A stretch of DNA of 64,000 nt from an uncultured Bacillaceae bacterium (GTDB lineage: Bacteria > Pseudomonadota > Alphaproteobacteria > Rhodobacterales > Rhodobacteraceae), in assembly GCA_963763245.1 (NCBI GenBank), contig CAVXNU010000011.1, positions 157,281 to 221,280 on the forward strand. The letters are read 5' to 3'. Below, piece by piece: positions 32,620 through 42,704 of the stretch (the first letter of the stretch is position 1; every line of letters starts with the position of its first letter). The notes beneath the pieces were generated by a model that was given only the letters and a program-made list of their open reading frames with translations, was not told the DNA's origin and did no database searches. Both the position numbers and the translations under genes were made by a program.

Positions 32620-33711
32620 ATGGCGAAGATCGCACAGGTCCGCGTCGACCGCTTCACGCTGCCACTGCCGGAACCGATCGAAGCATATGCGGCGGGCGTG
32701 ATGGGCGCCTTCGACATGGTCGCGGTGCGGATCACCGATGCGGACGGTGCCGAAGGGGTTGGCTATACGGTCATGCACGAGGGCCAGGGCGGCTCGATCG
32801 CCGCGGTCGCGGATGGCCCGTTTCGCGAGGCCATCATGGGCGAGGATGCCGACCGGATAGAGTGGCTCTGGCGGCGCATGTATCGCCGGGTTCATTATGC
32901 CGGGCGCGGAGGGCCGGTCAGCTTCGCGCTCGCTGCTGTCGACGTCGCTCTTCATGATCTGCGCGGCAGACGCCTCGGCCAGCCTCTCTGGCGCCTGCTC
33001 GGCGGATATGATCCCAGGGTGCGGGCCTATGCCGGCAACATCGACCTCAACTTCCCGCTCGAGAAGCTGCTGGAAGGAGCGAGCCGAAGCGTCGAGCAGG
33101 GGTTCCGCTCGGTGAAGATGCGTCTTGGTCGCCCGACCCTCTCGGAAGACATCGCGCGGGTCGAGGCAATGCGCGCGCACCTCCCGCCGGAGATCGAGAT
33201 GATGGCCGACGCCAACGAGGCGTGGCGCATCGACGAGGCTGTCCGCGCCATGCAGAGGCTGCGCCCCTTCGATCTCATCTGGCTGGAAGAACCGATCGCG
33301 CCCGACGACCTCGACGGCTACGTCCATCTGCGGCGGCTGGGGCTGGTGCCGCTCGCCGCCGGCGAGAACCTGCACACCCTCCCCGAATTCACGGCACTGA
33401 TTGCGGCCGGTGGCGTCGATTTTCCCGAGCCGGACCTGACCACCTGCGGCGGCATCACGCCATTCATGAAGGTTGCCCGCCTGGCGGAGGCGCATGGGCT
33501 ACCGGTCATCAGCCACGGTGCGCACGACCTGCACGTGCACCTTCTCGCCGCTTGCCCGAATGCCGCCTATCTCGAGTGGCACGCCTTCGGGCTCGACAGT
33601 TTCATGGCCGAGCCGCTGACGGTGCGCGACGGGTATGCCTCTGCACCCGAGCGCCCCGGGCACGGCATTGTCTTCGATTGGGAGAGGCTCTCGGCCCACC
33701 GGTCCGGCTGA
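32620..33711 (+). CDS. Mandelate racemase/muconate lactonizing enzyme family (enolase superfamily)
   Basis: VKMR, MADAN, WLEEP, AAGEN, PGHGI; GGAGG RBS. Confidence 0.9.
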   Translation: MAKIAQVRVDRFTLPLPEPIEAYAAGVMGAFDMVAVRITDADGAEGVGYTVMHEGQGGSIAAVADGPFREAIMGEDADRIEWLWRRMYRRVHYAGRGGPVSFALAAVDVALHDLRGRRLGQPLWRLLGGYDPRVRAYAGNIDLNFPLEKLLEGASRSVEQGFRSVKMRLGRPTLSEDIARVEAMRAHLPPEIEMMADANEAWRIDEAVRAMQRLRPFDLIWLEEPIAPDDLDGYVHLRRLGLVPLAAGENLHTLPEFTALIAAGGVDFPEPDLTTCGGITPFMKVARLAEAHGLPVISHGAHDLHVHLLAACPNAAYLEWHAFGLDSFMAEPLTVRDGYASAPERPGHGIVFDWERLSAHRSG

Positions 33712-33909
33712 AACAGCGAGGCGAAGCTGGGCTAATACCGGCTTGCATAGGCGCCCAACTCGCGTGAGGGATTCCCAAGATCGCCGATCTCTGAGAACGG
33801 CGGTGAGAAAGTCGGCCACGGGAGCGGCGGGATGATCCCGCGGCGGGCGGCGTAAAAGTCGGCCACGATTGCCCTTTCTGACGGCAGGGAGGGCGGGGGC
33901 ATCTTCACC

Positions 33910-34700
33910 GTGGAGCTGTATCGGAAAGTTCGCCGGGCCTACTTCAGGCAGGGCATGAGCAAGCGGGCGATCGCGCGCCACTTCGGGATCTCGCGCGACA
34001 GCGTGGACAAGATGATCGTCTATGCAGTGCCGCCGGGCTACCGGAGGACGGCGCCGGTGAAGCGGCCGAAGCTGGATGGGTTCACCGAGATCATCGACGC
34101 GTGGCTGCGCGAGGACGCCGAGCGTCCTCGCAAGCAGCGTCACACCGCGAAGCGTGTCCTGGATCGGCTGCGGGAGGAGCACGGGTCCATCGGCGGCTAC
34201 ACGATCGTGAAGGCGTACCTGCGCGAGCATCAGCGGCGCGGCCGGGAGATGTTCGTGCCGCTGCACCACGCGCCCGGGCACGCGCAGGCGGACTTCGGCG
34301 AGGGTGAGCCATCAGCGCGCCATCGGTTCGAGCGCGATGGCGAACGGTGGTGATCGGCGGGATCGAGCAGACGGCGCACTTCTTCGCCTTCGACCTGCCG
34401 CACAGCGACGCCTGCTACGTCCGGGCGTATCCGGCGGCGACGGCCGAGGCGTGGGCCGACGGCCACGTCCACGCCTTCGCGTTCTTCGGGCGCGTGCCGC
34501 TGTCGGTGCTCTACGACAACGACCGTTGCCTGGTGGCGCGCATCCTGGCGGACGGGACGCGCAGGCACCTTGTCCTGTGCCAGGTCGAGAGGCGGCCACC
34601 GAGGCTCGACCTCGATGTCTATCCCTACCTGCCGCGCGCCAGGGTCGGGACCACGTCGGCATCGAGCTACATGTCTCTCATGGCCGGCGCCACCGCATGA
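33910..34700 (+). pseudogene. istA: IS21 transposase with a 42-nt insert and a large internal deletion at ~34563
   Basis: HTH, RKQRHTAKR, QADFGE, LYDND, then a jump from ADGTR to the C-terminal HLVLC..RRPPRLDL. Confidence 0.88.
34304..34345 (+). other. 42-nt structured insertion, copy 2
   Basis: GTGAGCCATCAGCGCGCCATCGGTTCGAGCGCGATGGCGAAC interrupts QADFGE|VVIGG. Confidence 0.85.
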
Positions 34701-34787
34701 GCGACGCGCCCAAGCTGCTGCTCGACCACCACCTCAAGACGCTGAAGCTGCCGACCTTCCTTCGGGAATACGCCAAGCTCGCCCGCC

Positions 34788-34837
34788 CGGCGGCATACGC
34801 CGCCAGGATCGTGATCTGCGCGCGTCCGCGCGCGGGG
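34788..34837. other. ~50-nt triple-hairpin insertion in istB
   Basis: CGGCGGCATACGCCGCC-AGGATCGTGATCT-GCGCGCGTCCGCGCGC-GGGG interrupts KLAR|AAEGQDHV. Confidence 0.75.
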
Positions 34838-35253
34838 CGCCGCCGAGGGGCAGGACCATGTGCGGTTCCTCGCCCGGCTGGTGGAGCTCGAGCTGATCGA
34901 CCGAGAGCGACGGATGATCGAGCGCCGGATCAAGGCCGCAAAGTTCCCGGCCACCAAGAGCCTCGACAGCTTCGACTTCAAGGCGATCCCCAGCCTCAAC
35001 AAGATGCAGGTGCTGGAGCTGGCCCGCTGCGAGTGGATCGAGCGGCGCGAGAACGTCATCGCCCTCGGCCCGAGCGGGACGGGCAAAACTCACACAGCCC
35101 TCGGGCTCGGCCTGGCCGCCTGCCAGAAGGGCCTCTCCGTCGGCTTCACCACCGCCGCCGGCCTCGTCCACGAATTGATGGAGGCCCGCGACGAACGCCG
35201 GCTCCTGCGCCTGCAGAAGCAGATGGCGAGCCAGACGCTGTTGATCATCGATG

Positions 35254-35295
35254 GTGAGGCGCGAGCGCGCCACCGGTTCGAGCGCCGCGCCGAAC
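35254..35295 (+). other. 42-nt structured insertion, copy 3
   Basis: GTGAGGCGCGAGCGCGCCACCGGTTCGAGCGCCGCGCCGAAC splits the Walker B region LIID|GFVP. Confidence 0.85.
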
Positions 35296-36159
35296 GGCTT
35301 CGTGCCCCTCTCCAAGACCGGCGCTGAGCTGCTGTTCGAGCTGATCAGCCAACGCTACGAGCGTGGCGCTACGCTGATCACCAGCAACCTGCCGTTCGAA
35401 GAATGGACCGAGGTCTTCGGCTCCGAGCGCCTGACCGGCGCATTGCTCGACCGGCTGACCCACCATGTCACCATTCTCGAGATGAACGGCGACAGCTATC
35501 GGCTCGCCCAGAGGCGCACGAGAAAAACCTCAGCCAACGCCTGACGCCAGGGTTGGCCTTTCAGGCCAACGCGCCTTGGCACACGCCAGCTGTTCGGGGA
35601 GCGCGCGTGCCAAGGCGCGCGCCATGTCCCAGCATCAGCTCCCGATCCCCGAGCTGGCAGACTTTTGCGCCGCCCATTGGCCTGCTTTTGCTCCGCCGTT
35701 GACATTAGGTCCGCTCAGGGTCACCCCGAGACCCACCACTGGCGTAGTCCGCATGTCCGGAGACGGAGAGAAACGGACATTCGCGGCAAGTGATCGATGC
35801 CGATTAGTATCGACGTTCTTTCTGGCGATGATCAGTGACCTCGCTGATCCGACCAGACCCCGTGATCGAAAATGGGTGGGATGTTTCCCCGAGAGATCAT
35901 GCGAACCCGGAATGTGTCCAACGCATGGGAGCAACGGCAATTCATGATCACAAATACCCACGACACTCGCGACAAATTCAGTGGTCACGGTTCCACAAGT
36001 TTCCGCGCGTTTCCCAGCGCGCATGCCGAGTTGAGCTCGCTGCGTGCCGAGGCGAGCCGGATCCGCTCGCTGCGGCTGGCGCGAGAAGATGTCATGAAGG
36101 CGATCGTTATGGCCGCCTTTCGCGGCTCGGAGCCCGCCATCGATGCGCGATCGGGCGGT

Positions 36160-36550
36160 GGTCGCAGCGATGGCCAGATCGCACCTGGCAACCAGCTGGC
36201 AACCGCCGCTGTTGAATACCTGCCACCTCGGCGATGACCGGCTTCGGGCAGTTTACGACGCCTGCATCACCCAGAACACATCTGTCATGACCCCGGTGAA
36301 ATAAGCTCTGCCGCGATCGGGCTTTGCGTGTCCGGCGGTCATCTCCTGCAGAGACCCGCGCAGCAGGCCCGCCCGTTCGCGGCAAGAATGACAACACGCA
36401 CGGACGGGTTCCTCCCAGCATCCGCAAAGGCTGCGCCGACTTCAACCAACATCGCTTCGGACAGCGCATTGCGTCGTGCGGAGTCGTTCAGTGTCAGGCG
36501 ACGTATGCCGCCATCGTTCTGTCCCGCAGCAGAATGTCACTCGCCTGCAT
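36160..36550 (-). pseudogene. Degraded enoyl-CoA hydratase
   Basis: Fragments RRLTLND..RRNALSEAML, VRVVILAANG, CPKPVIAEVAG, CQLVA..CDLAIA in shifting frames. Confidence 0.7.
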
Positions 36551-37016
36551 GGGTTCGCTCCTTCGCCGGGTCTATCCTGACCTCGACGCTGTCGGCGAGG
36601 CTGTTGGCGATGAAGCAGTAGCGATGCGCGCGGTGCTGCATCTCCTCGAGCTTTGCCGCTTCGACCGCGAAGCCGTTGTCGAAGCGCACCACCGGATGAA
36701 GGTCGATGCGCGTGACCGACATCTGGCCCCTGGGGTTCTTGCCGAGATGCGCGACGGCATGGTCGTGATAGCTGGCAACCGGCCACCTGGCCTTGGCGGC
36801 GAGCGCGAGGAAGGTCATCATGTGGCAGCTCGACATCGCCGATGCGAGCGCCTGTTCGGGGTTCGTGTTGCCTGGATCACCGCCCCAGTCCGGCGCGGCG
36901 TCCACCTGGAGATCATGATCGCCGTTGAACTGCACGGTGTGCGCGTTCGAGTACTTTCCCGGCCGCAGTTCAGGCTCTGCGCGCTGCCAATGCAGTTGGA
37001 TCGAAAGGTCTGTCAT
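36537..37016 (-). CDS. OsmC family protein
   Basis: NPEQAL..SSCHMMTFL, AHRYCFIANS. Confidence 0.9.
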   Translation of the reverse strand: MTDLSIQLHWQRAEPELRPGKYSNAHTVQFNGDHDLQVDAAPDWGGDPGNTNPEQALASAMSSCHMMTFLALAAKARWPVASYHDHAVAHLGKNPRGQMSVTRIDLHPVVRFDNGFAVEAAKLEEMQHRAHRYCFIANSLADSVEVRIDPAKERTHAGE

Positions 37017-37046
37017 TCCCGGTGGTCCCCGTCTTGGCCGTGGCGT

Positions 37047-38190
37047 TCAGGCGGCGGCGAGCGACTTCTTGGGATCGTAGAACGGGCGCTCGACGATCGT
37101 GGCGTGGGCGGGGCCGCTCGCGGTGGCGACATCGACCTGCGTGCCGATCTGCGCGCACTGCGCAGAGACCATTGCCAGCGCGATGTTCTGCTTCAGCCGG
37201 GGCGAATAGACAGCCGAGGTGACCTTGCCGACGGCAGCGCCGTCCTTGCTGATGGTCCAGAACGTGGTGTTCGGCCCCTCCAGGGGCGCGCCTTCGATGA
37301 CCAGTCCCGACCTGCCTGCGGCGAACGCCCTCTTCCCTGATGCGCCTCAGGGCGGCCTTGCCGATGAAGTCGGCTTCCATGTCGAGGTTCACGAGCCGGT
37401 CGAGCCCGAGCTCGTAGGGGTTCGTGTTGATATCCGCGTCGGCGTGATAGGAGAGCATGCCGCCTTCGATCCGGCGGATCGACGAGGTGTGGCCGGGCTT
37501 GAGGCCGAAGGGCGCGCCCGCCGCCATGATCTTCTCCCACAGCTCGTTGCCGCGCGATCCGTCCCGCAGGTAGAGTTCGTAGCCGAGTTCACTGGACCAT
37601 CCGGTGCGCGACACGACGAGCGGAATGCCGTCCAGCTCCACCTCGCGCAGCCAGTAATAGCGCAGGTCCATGATGCCGCCGCCGAAGAGCGCCTTCATCA
37701 CCTCGCCGGACTTCGGGCCCTGCAGCTGCAAGGGCGAGACGTCGGGCTCGCGGATCGTGACGTCCATGCCCGAATGCACGGCGACCCCTTGCGCCCAGAG
37801 CAGAATGTCGCTGTCGGCCAGCGAGATCCAGAAGTGGTTCTCGCCCAAGCGCAGCAGGATCGGATCGTTCAGTATGCCGCCATCGGCATTGGTGATGAGC
37901 ACGTACTTGCACTGCCCGACCGCCATCCTGGAGAGATCGCGCGGGGTCAGCATCTGGACGAACGCCGCGGCATCCGCCCCGGTGATCTCGACCTGCCGCT
38001 CGACCGCGACATCGCAAAGGATCGCGTCGTTGACCAGGTTCCAGAAGTTCTGCTCGGGATCGCCAAAGTCCCGCGGAATGTACATGTGGTTGTAGACCGA
38101 GAACGCCCTCGCGCCCCAGCGAACCGTCGCGTCGAAGTAGGGTGATTTTCGGATCTGCGTTCCGAAACCGAAACCCTCTGCCTGTGCCAT
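37047..38190 (-). CDS. GcvT-family aminomethyltransferase, DmdA-like paralogue; frameshift ~37305
   Basis: SVYNHMY, DVAVERQV, LQLQGP, SRTGWSSELGYE, RRIEGG, GKVTSAVYSPRL, PFYDP. Confidence 0.85.
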
Positions 38191-38354
38191 CCTGATTTCC
38201 TCCCGCGGCGGGTCTTCCGCAGACCACGCGACCTCGTCGAAGACGGACTTTACCGGCAATCAGCGGATGTCAGCGGTCTGAAGATCCCGAACAAGGAGCC
38301 CGAACGGACCTATTTTCCGCGCACCGCGGACCATTCGGCCTTTTCGCCTGCGGG

Positions 38355-38847
38355 TCAATTTTCCCGACCGGCCGTCAGGCGGCCGAGATCCGGCTGGGCG
38401 GACTTGACCTCCCTGGTCGCGATGTAGGTCATGTAGCGGTCGATCCCCAACTCTGCGGACAGCATCTCGTCCATCAGGTCCTGGAAGGCGGCAAGGCTGG
38501 TCGTGACAACCGTCATGACATAATCCATTCCACCGCCCGTCGCGACGCAGTCAACGACCTCATGCCGTTGATTAATATGCTTTCTCGAACCGGTCGAAAT
38601 CCGACTTTCGGTGGCTCTTCAAAGACACAGTCACAATGACCTTGCAGACATCAACAATTCTGTCCAGCGAAAGCTCTGCGTGGTAGCCGCGAATTAAGCC
38701 TGCTTCCTTCAACTTGGCGAGACGAGCCCAGCACGGAGTGGCAGAGAGCCCAACCAACTCTGCAAGTTTGGATTTGCTGAGCTGGCCATGCTGCTGCAGC
38801 GCGCAAAGGATACGAATGTCGGCGGCGTCTAGTGCAGTCTTTTTCAT
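38355..38847 (-). CDS. Lrp/AsnC family regulator; frameshift ~38575
   Basis: LDAADIRIL, LAELVGLSATPCWARL, then C-terminal CVATGGGMDY. Confidence 0.85.
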
Positions 38848-38885
38848 TCTTTCAGCGCTCAGGATTGGCTCCCCTCGGGAGAACT

Positions 38886-38897
38886 CCCCCCCCCCCC
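38886..38897. repeat. C12/G12 homopolymer ~40 nt upstream of the Lrp start codon
   Basis: Directly visible in the sequence. Confidence 0.8.
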
Positions 38898-39777
38898 GGC
38901 GAAACGAACATCGGACCATCTTTGCCGACCGGTTCTCGTAGCGATTATAGCGCTGGCACCGAGCAAAGTCAGCGTGTCAGGCCTCATCGGCTGCGAGTGT
39001 GCAGGGCGACGTCGACGGCCACAAATCAGTTGAGACGTGCGGCGCCCGAATCCACGATTGCAGCGAGATTGCGCTCTCCTCCCGTCAGCCGCTCGGTGGA
39101 GCAAAAGCCCGGCTCTCCGCGGAGGGTGACTTTCCCGAGGTACTACGGCCGTCGGTACTTCTCGGCGTCGGCGCGAAGAATGGCGCTTTGCCGGGTGATT
39201 TCGCAGATCGCGTCGAGCCGGTTCCTTCCTTGGATCAGTCGTTGGCGCGAGTGCCCGCTCCCGCGCCGCTGCGACGCGAATCTTCGTCGGGGAAGCGTAT
39301 GTTCGATGAGCGTAGCGGTCGAGCCGACGCCAGGGATCGACGGAGACCTCCAGCCCTGTCGCCACAGCTTTCGCCGCCTGCACAGGGCTGCCGGCGGACG
39401 CGGTAACTGAGACCCCGTCGGGAACCGGCATGCTCAGGAAGCCCCAGTCATCCACGACCGGACCGGCCGGCGTCGCGACGATCGTAAGGCTCCCGCGCAG
39501 AAGCCGGACCGAGGCGCCGACCCCGCGCGCGGCCATGCAGAGAAAGGGCGCGAGCAACAGCGGCGAGAGCACCGGTCCAAGCCGGTCTGAGGCAGCGGCT
39601 CACACTATGAGGACTGCCGAGGCAATAACGGCCTGCGGGACCTGCTCTGCCAGCGAGGAAAACGCGCCGTAAGCAGACGCTGCCTTGAGCTGGCAGGCCA
39701 TCGCCCGCTCAAGAGCAAAGCGCCGTTGCCCTGCGTGCGGAGTTGCCGGGAGCCGCCGAATGTACGAGAGGCGATGC

Positions 39778-41495
39778 ATGATCGAATCTCCAGACATCCA
39801 TCCCGCGCTCGCCCAAACCTTGTCGGCGCGGGGATATGCCGAACTCACGCCGGTGCAGCAGGCGGTGCTCGAGCCGGAGGCCGGCGAACGCGACCTGCTC
39901 GTCTCGGCGCAGACGGGGTCGGGCAAGACGGTCGCCTTCGGGCTCGCCGTCGCGGGCATGCTGCTCGCCGGCGCGGACCGGTTCGGGCGGGCGGATGCGC
40001 CGCTCGCCCTTGTGGTGGCGCCGACGCGCGAGCTTGCGCTGCAGGTGCGCCGCGAGCTCGAATGGCTCTATGCGCCGACCGGCGCCGTGATGGCGTCTTC
40101 TGTCGGCGGCATGGACCCGCGCGCCGAGCGGCGGGCTCTCGAGCATGGCGCCCACATCGTCATCGGCACGCCGGGGCGCCTGCGCGACCACATCGAACGC
40201 GGCGCCCTCGACATGACGGCACTGCGAGCGGTCGTGCTGGACGAGGCCGACGAGATGCTCGATCTCGGCTTCCGAGAAGACCTGGAGTTCATCCTCGGTG
40301 CCGCCCCGTCCGGGCGGCGCACACTCTTGTTCTCCGCCACCGTGCCGCGCGCCATCGCGGCACTCGCCCAGCGATTCCAGCGCGATGCCCTGCGCATCGT
40401 CGCGACGGGCGAGCGCGAGCAGCATGCCGACATCGAGTACCGCGCCTACCCGGTGGCACCGAGCGACCGCGAGAACGCGATCTACAACCTCCTGCGCTAC
40501 CACGACGCCGAGAGCGCCCTGGTCTTCTGCGCGACGCGCGCCGCGGTCAGCCACATGGCGGCGCGGTTCACCAATCGCGGCTTCTCGGTCGTCGCGCTGT
40601 CCGGCGAGCTGAGCCAGAGCGAGCGCACGCACGCGCTGCAAGCGATGCGGGACGGGCGTGCCCGGGTCTGCGTCGCCACGGACGTTGCCGCCCGCGGCAT
40701 CGACCTGCCGTCGCTGGAGCTGGTGATCCACGCCGACCTGCCGGGCAACCGGGAAGCGCTGCTCCACCGGAGCGGCCGCACCGGGCGCGCCGGGCGCAAG
40801 GGGATCAGCGCGCTCGTCGTGCCGCACCGCGCCCGCCGCCGCGCCGAAAGCCTGCTGGCTGCGGCCGGGGTCAGCGCGACCTGGTCGGCGCCGCCCTCGC
40901 CTGCCGAGATCCTCGCCGCCGACGATGCCCGCATCCTGGCCGATCCGACCCTGGCCGAGCCGGTGACGGCGGAAGAGGAGGCGCTGGTCGCGGCCCTGCT
41001 GGAGCGGCACGGTCCCGAACGTGTCGCGGCCGCCTTTCTGCGCCGCCTGCGCCGCGGCCTGGCCGCGCCCGAGGAACTGGTCGACCTCGCCGGGCCCGAC
41101 ACGGTGCGACCGCCGCGCGATGCCTTCGGCCCGAGCGCCTGGTTCTCGCTGTCGGTCGGGCGCAGGCAGAAGGCCGAGCCGCGCTGGCTATTGCCGCTGA
41201 TCTGCGGCGCCGGCGGGCTGAGCCGCCGAGATGTCGGCGCCATCCGCATGCAGCGGAACGTCACACTCGTCGAGATCGCCGCCGAGCGCGCCGATGCTTT
41301 CCTGGCGGCACTCGGGCCGGAGCGCGCGCTGGAGAGCGGCATCACGGTGACACGCAGCGAAGGGCCCACGGACGACGGCCCGACGGCCCGACCGGCAGGT
41401 CGGCCACGGGTTCCGAGCGGTCCGGGAACGGCAAGCGGCGGAGCCCGCGGGCTCCTGCCGCGGGCGGCCCCAAGCGGCGTCCTAAAGACCGCTGA
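39778..41495 (+). CDS. DEAD-box RNA helicase with DbpA-type RNA-binding domain; probable frameshift in the C-terminal tail
   Basis: TPVQ, AQTGSGKT, PTRELA, TPGR, DEAD, SAT, ARGID, HRSGRTGRAG. Confidence 0.92.
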
Positions 41496-41508
41496 CCGCA
41501 GGTATCAC

Positions 41509-42199
41509 GTGCTTCCGTGGATCCATCTCGAGACCGCGACAACCCCCGATGGAGGCGTGCTGCGCCTGTTGCGGCGCGGCGACGAATTCTCGATCCGGAT
41601 CGACGGAGCGGAGCTGATGAACAGCCGCCTGAGCGGGTCGGAGGAGGCGCTGGCGACCCTGGCGCTGGCGCAGATCCCGGGCAATCCGGCGCCGCGCATC
41701 CTGATCGGCGGCCTGGGCATGGGCTTCACCCTCCGTGTCGCGCAGGCCAGCGGCGGGTCCGGACGCGCGCCTGGTGGTGGCCGAGATCGTGCCGGAGCTC
41801 GTCGCCTGGGCGCGCGGTCCGATGGCCGGGCTCTTCGGCGACAGCCTCGCCGATCCGCGGCTGGATCTGCGGACTGCAGACGTGGCCGAGATCATCCGCG
41901 ACCGGGCGGTGCCCTACGACGCCATCCTGCTGGACGTCGACAACGGCCCGGAGGCGCTCACCCGTCCGGCGAACGACGCACTCTATGGCGAGGATGGCCT
42001 GCGCGCGGCGCACCACGCGCTGGCGCCGGGCGGCGTCCTCGCCGTCTGGTCGGCCGCACCGGACAACGGCTTCACCCGGCGGCTGCGCCGCTGCGGCTTC
42101 GAGGCAGAGGCCAGGCTCGTCCGCGCCAGCCGGACGGGGCGCGGCGCACGCCATACAATCTGGCTCGCGGTCCGTCACGCGGTTGCGCGCTCGGGGTAG
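41509..42199 (+). CDS. Spermidine synthase-like SAM-dependent methyltransferase; frameshift ~41750
   Basis: ELMNSRLSGSEEALA, LIGGLGMGFTL, DAILLDVDNGP, GGVLAVWS. Confidence 0.85.
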
Positions 42200-42214
42200 G
42201 AGCTCCTCGATTCC

Positions 42215-42500
42215 AGAGTTCGAGCGGGGGCGCGGCACACCTCAAGCCGCCGGCTCTGGCGCAGCGCGACGGGCCAGCTCGGCCTCGAACTCGGCGATCC
42301 GGGCCGTCAGCGGTTCGGCGACCGCCCGCGATTCCTCGAGAGTGTAGCGCTCGGTGATGTGCTGCGGACAGTTCCAGTCGAGCCCTTCGAGCGTGATGAG
42401 GAATTCGCGCTCGACCCGCGCCCGGTAACCGGAGCCGCATCAGGCCATGCTCGTCGAATGCCCAGTTCTCGTTTCCGTGGCTGCCGAACCAGTTGACGAC
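42215..42500 (-). pseudogene. Fused remnants of a DUF1348 (NTF2-like) gene and a pyridoxamine 5'-phosphate oxidase-like gene
   Basis: NWFGSHGNENWAFDEHGLMR followed by GYRARVER..LDWNCPQHITERY. Confidence 0.65.
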
Positions 42501-42704
42501 GCAGCGCCCCCCGACTGGGATAAGCCGCCATCGAACCACATCGAACCACGCCCGCAGCAGCCGTGCGTCGATCGATTTGAAATCCGGGATCGGCACTGTT
42601 ACCTCGTTCCGACCGGCGCAACGCGTTTGCCGTCTGGTCCAGCAACCTCGCATTTGCGGAAGTCGCGTAGCCCCGCGAACCGCCCAGCATCGACTGAGAC
42701 ATTC

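Larger units (their letters stand above)
34697..35544 (+). pseudogene. istB: IS21 helper ATPase disrupted by two structured inserts
   Basis: LKTLKLPTF, GPSGTGKTH, LIID|GFVP, TSNLPF, ALLDRLTHH, GDSYR. Confidence 0.9.
33792..35704 (+). mobile_element. Defective IS21-family element (istA/istB)
   Basis: Left end TGAGAACGGCGG with repeated AAAGTCGGCCAC boxes; right end CCGCCGTTGACA; no target-site duplication seen. Confidence 0.9.

Noticed and set aside
34304-34345. 42-nt elements as SECIS, hammerhead ribozyme, tRNA fragment, attC site or group II intron domain V
   Set aside because: The TGA is not in frame with the host genes; the CUGANGA/GAAA core is incomplete; GGTTCGA lacks a proper T-arm; there are no RYYYAAC/GTTRRRY boxes; the domain V consensus is not met. 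An Rfam search is still needed.
35872-36237. 121-aa plus-strand ORF
   Set aside because: Overlaps the minus-strand crotonase remnant and has no recognisable motif.
37047-38190. Calling this gene dmdA or gcvT
   Set aside because: The N-terminus and context differ from canonical members; orthology cannot be established without a phylogeny.
38190-38355. Possible glycine riboswitch upstream of the GcvT-like gene
   Set aside because: Conserved GGAGA/CCGAAG aptamer motifs were not found.
38920-39700. ORFs between the Lrp gene and the helicase
   Set aside because: No recognisable domains or convincing starts; probably decayed sequence.
39685-42357. 890-aa ORF suggesting a DEAD helicase-methyltransferase fusion
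   Set aside because: A plausible basic helicase tail ends at TGA 41495 in another frame and the methyltransferase has its own GTG at 41509; most likely an indel artefact.
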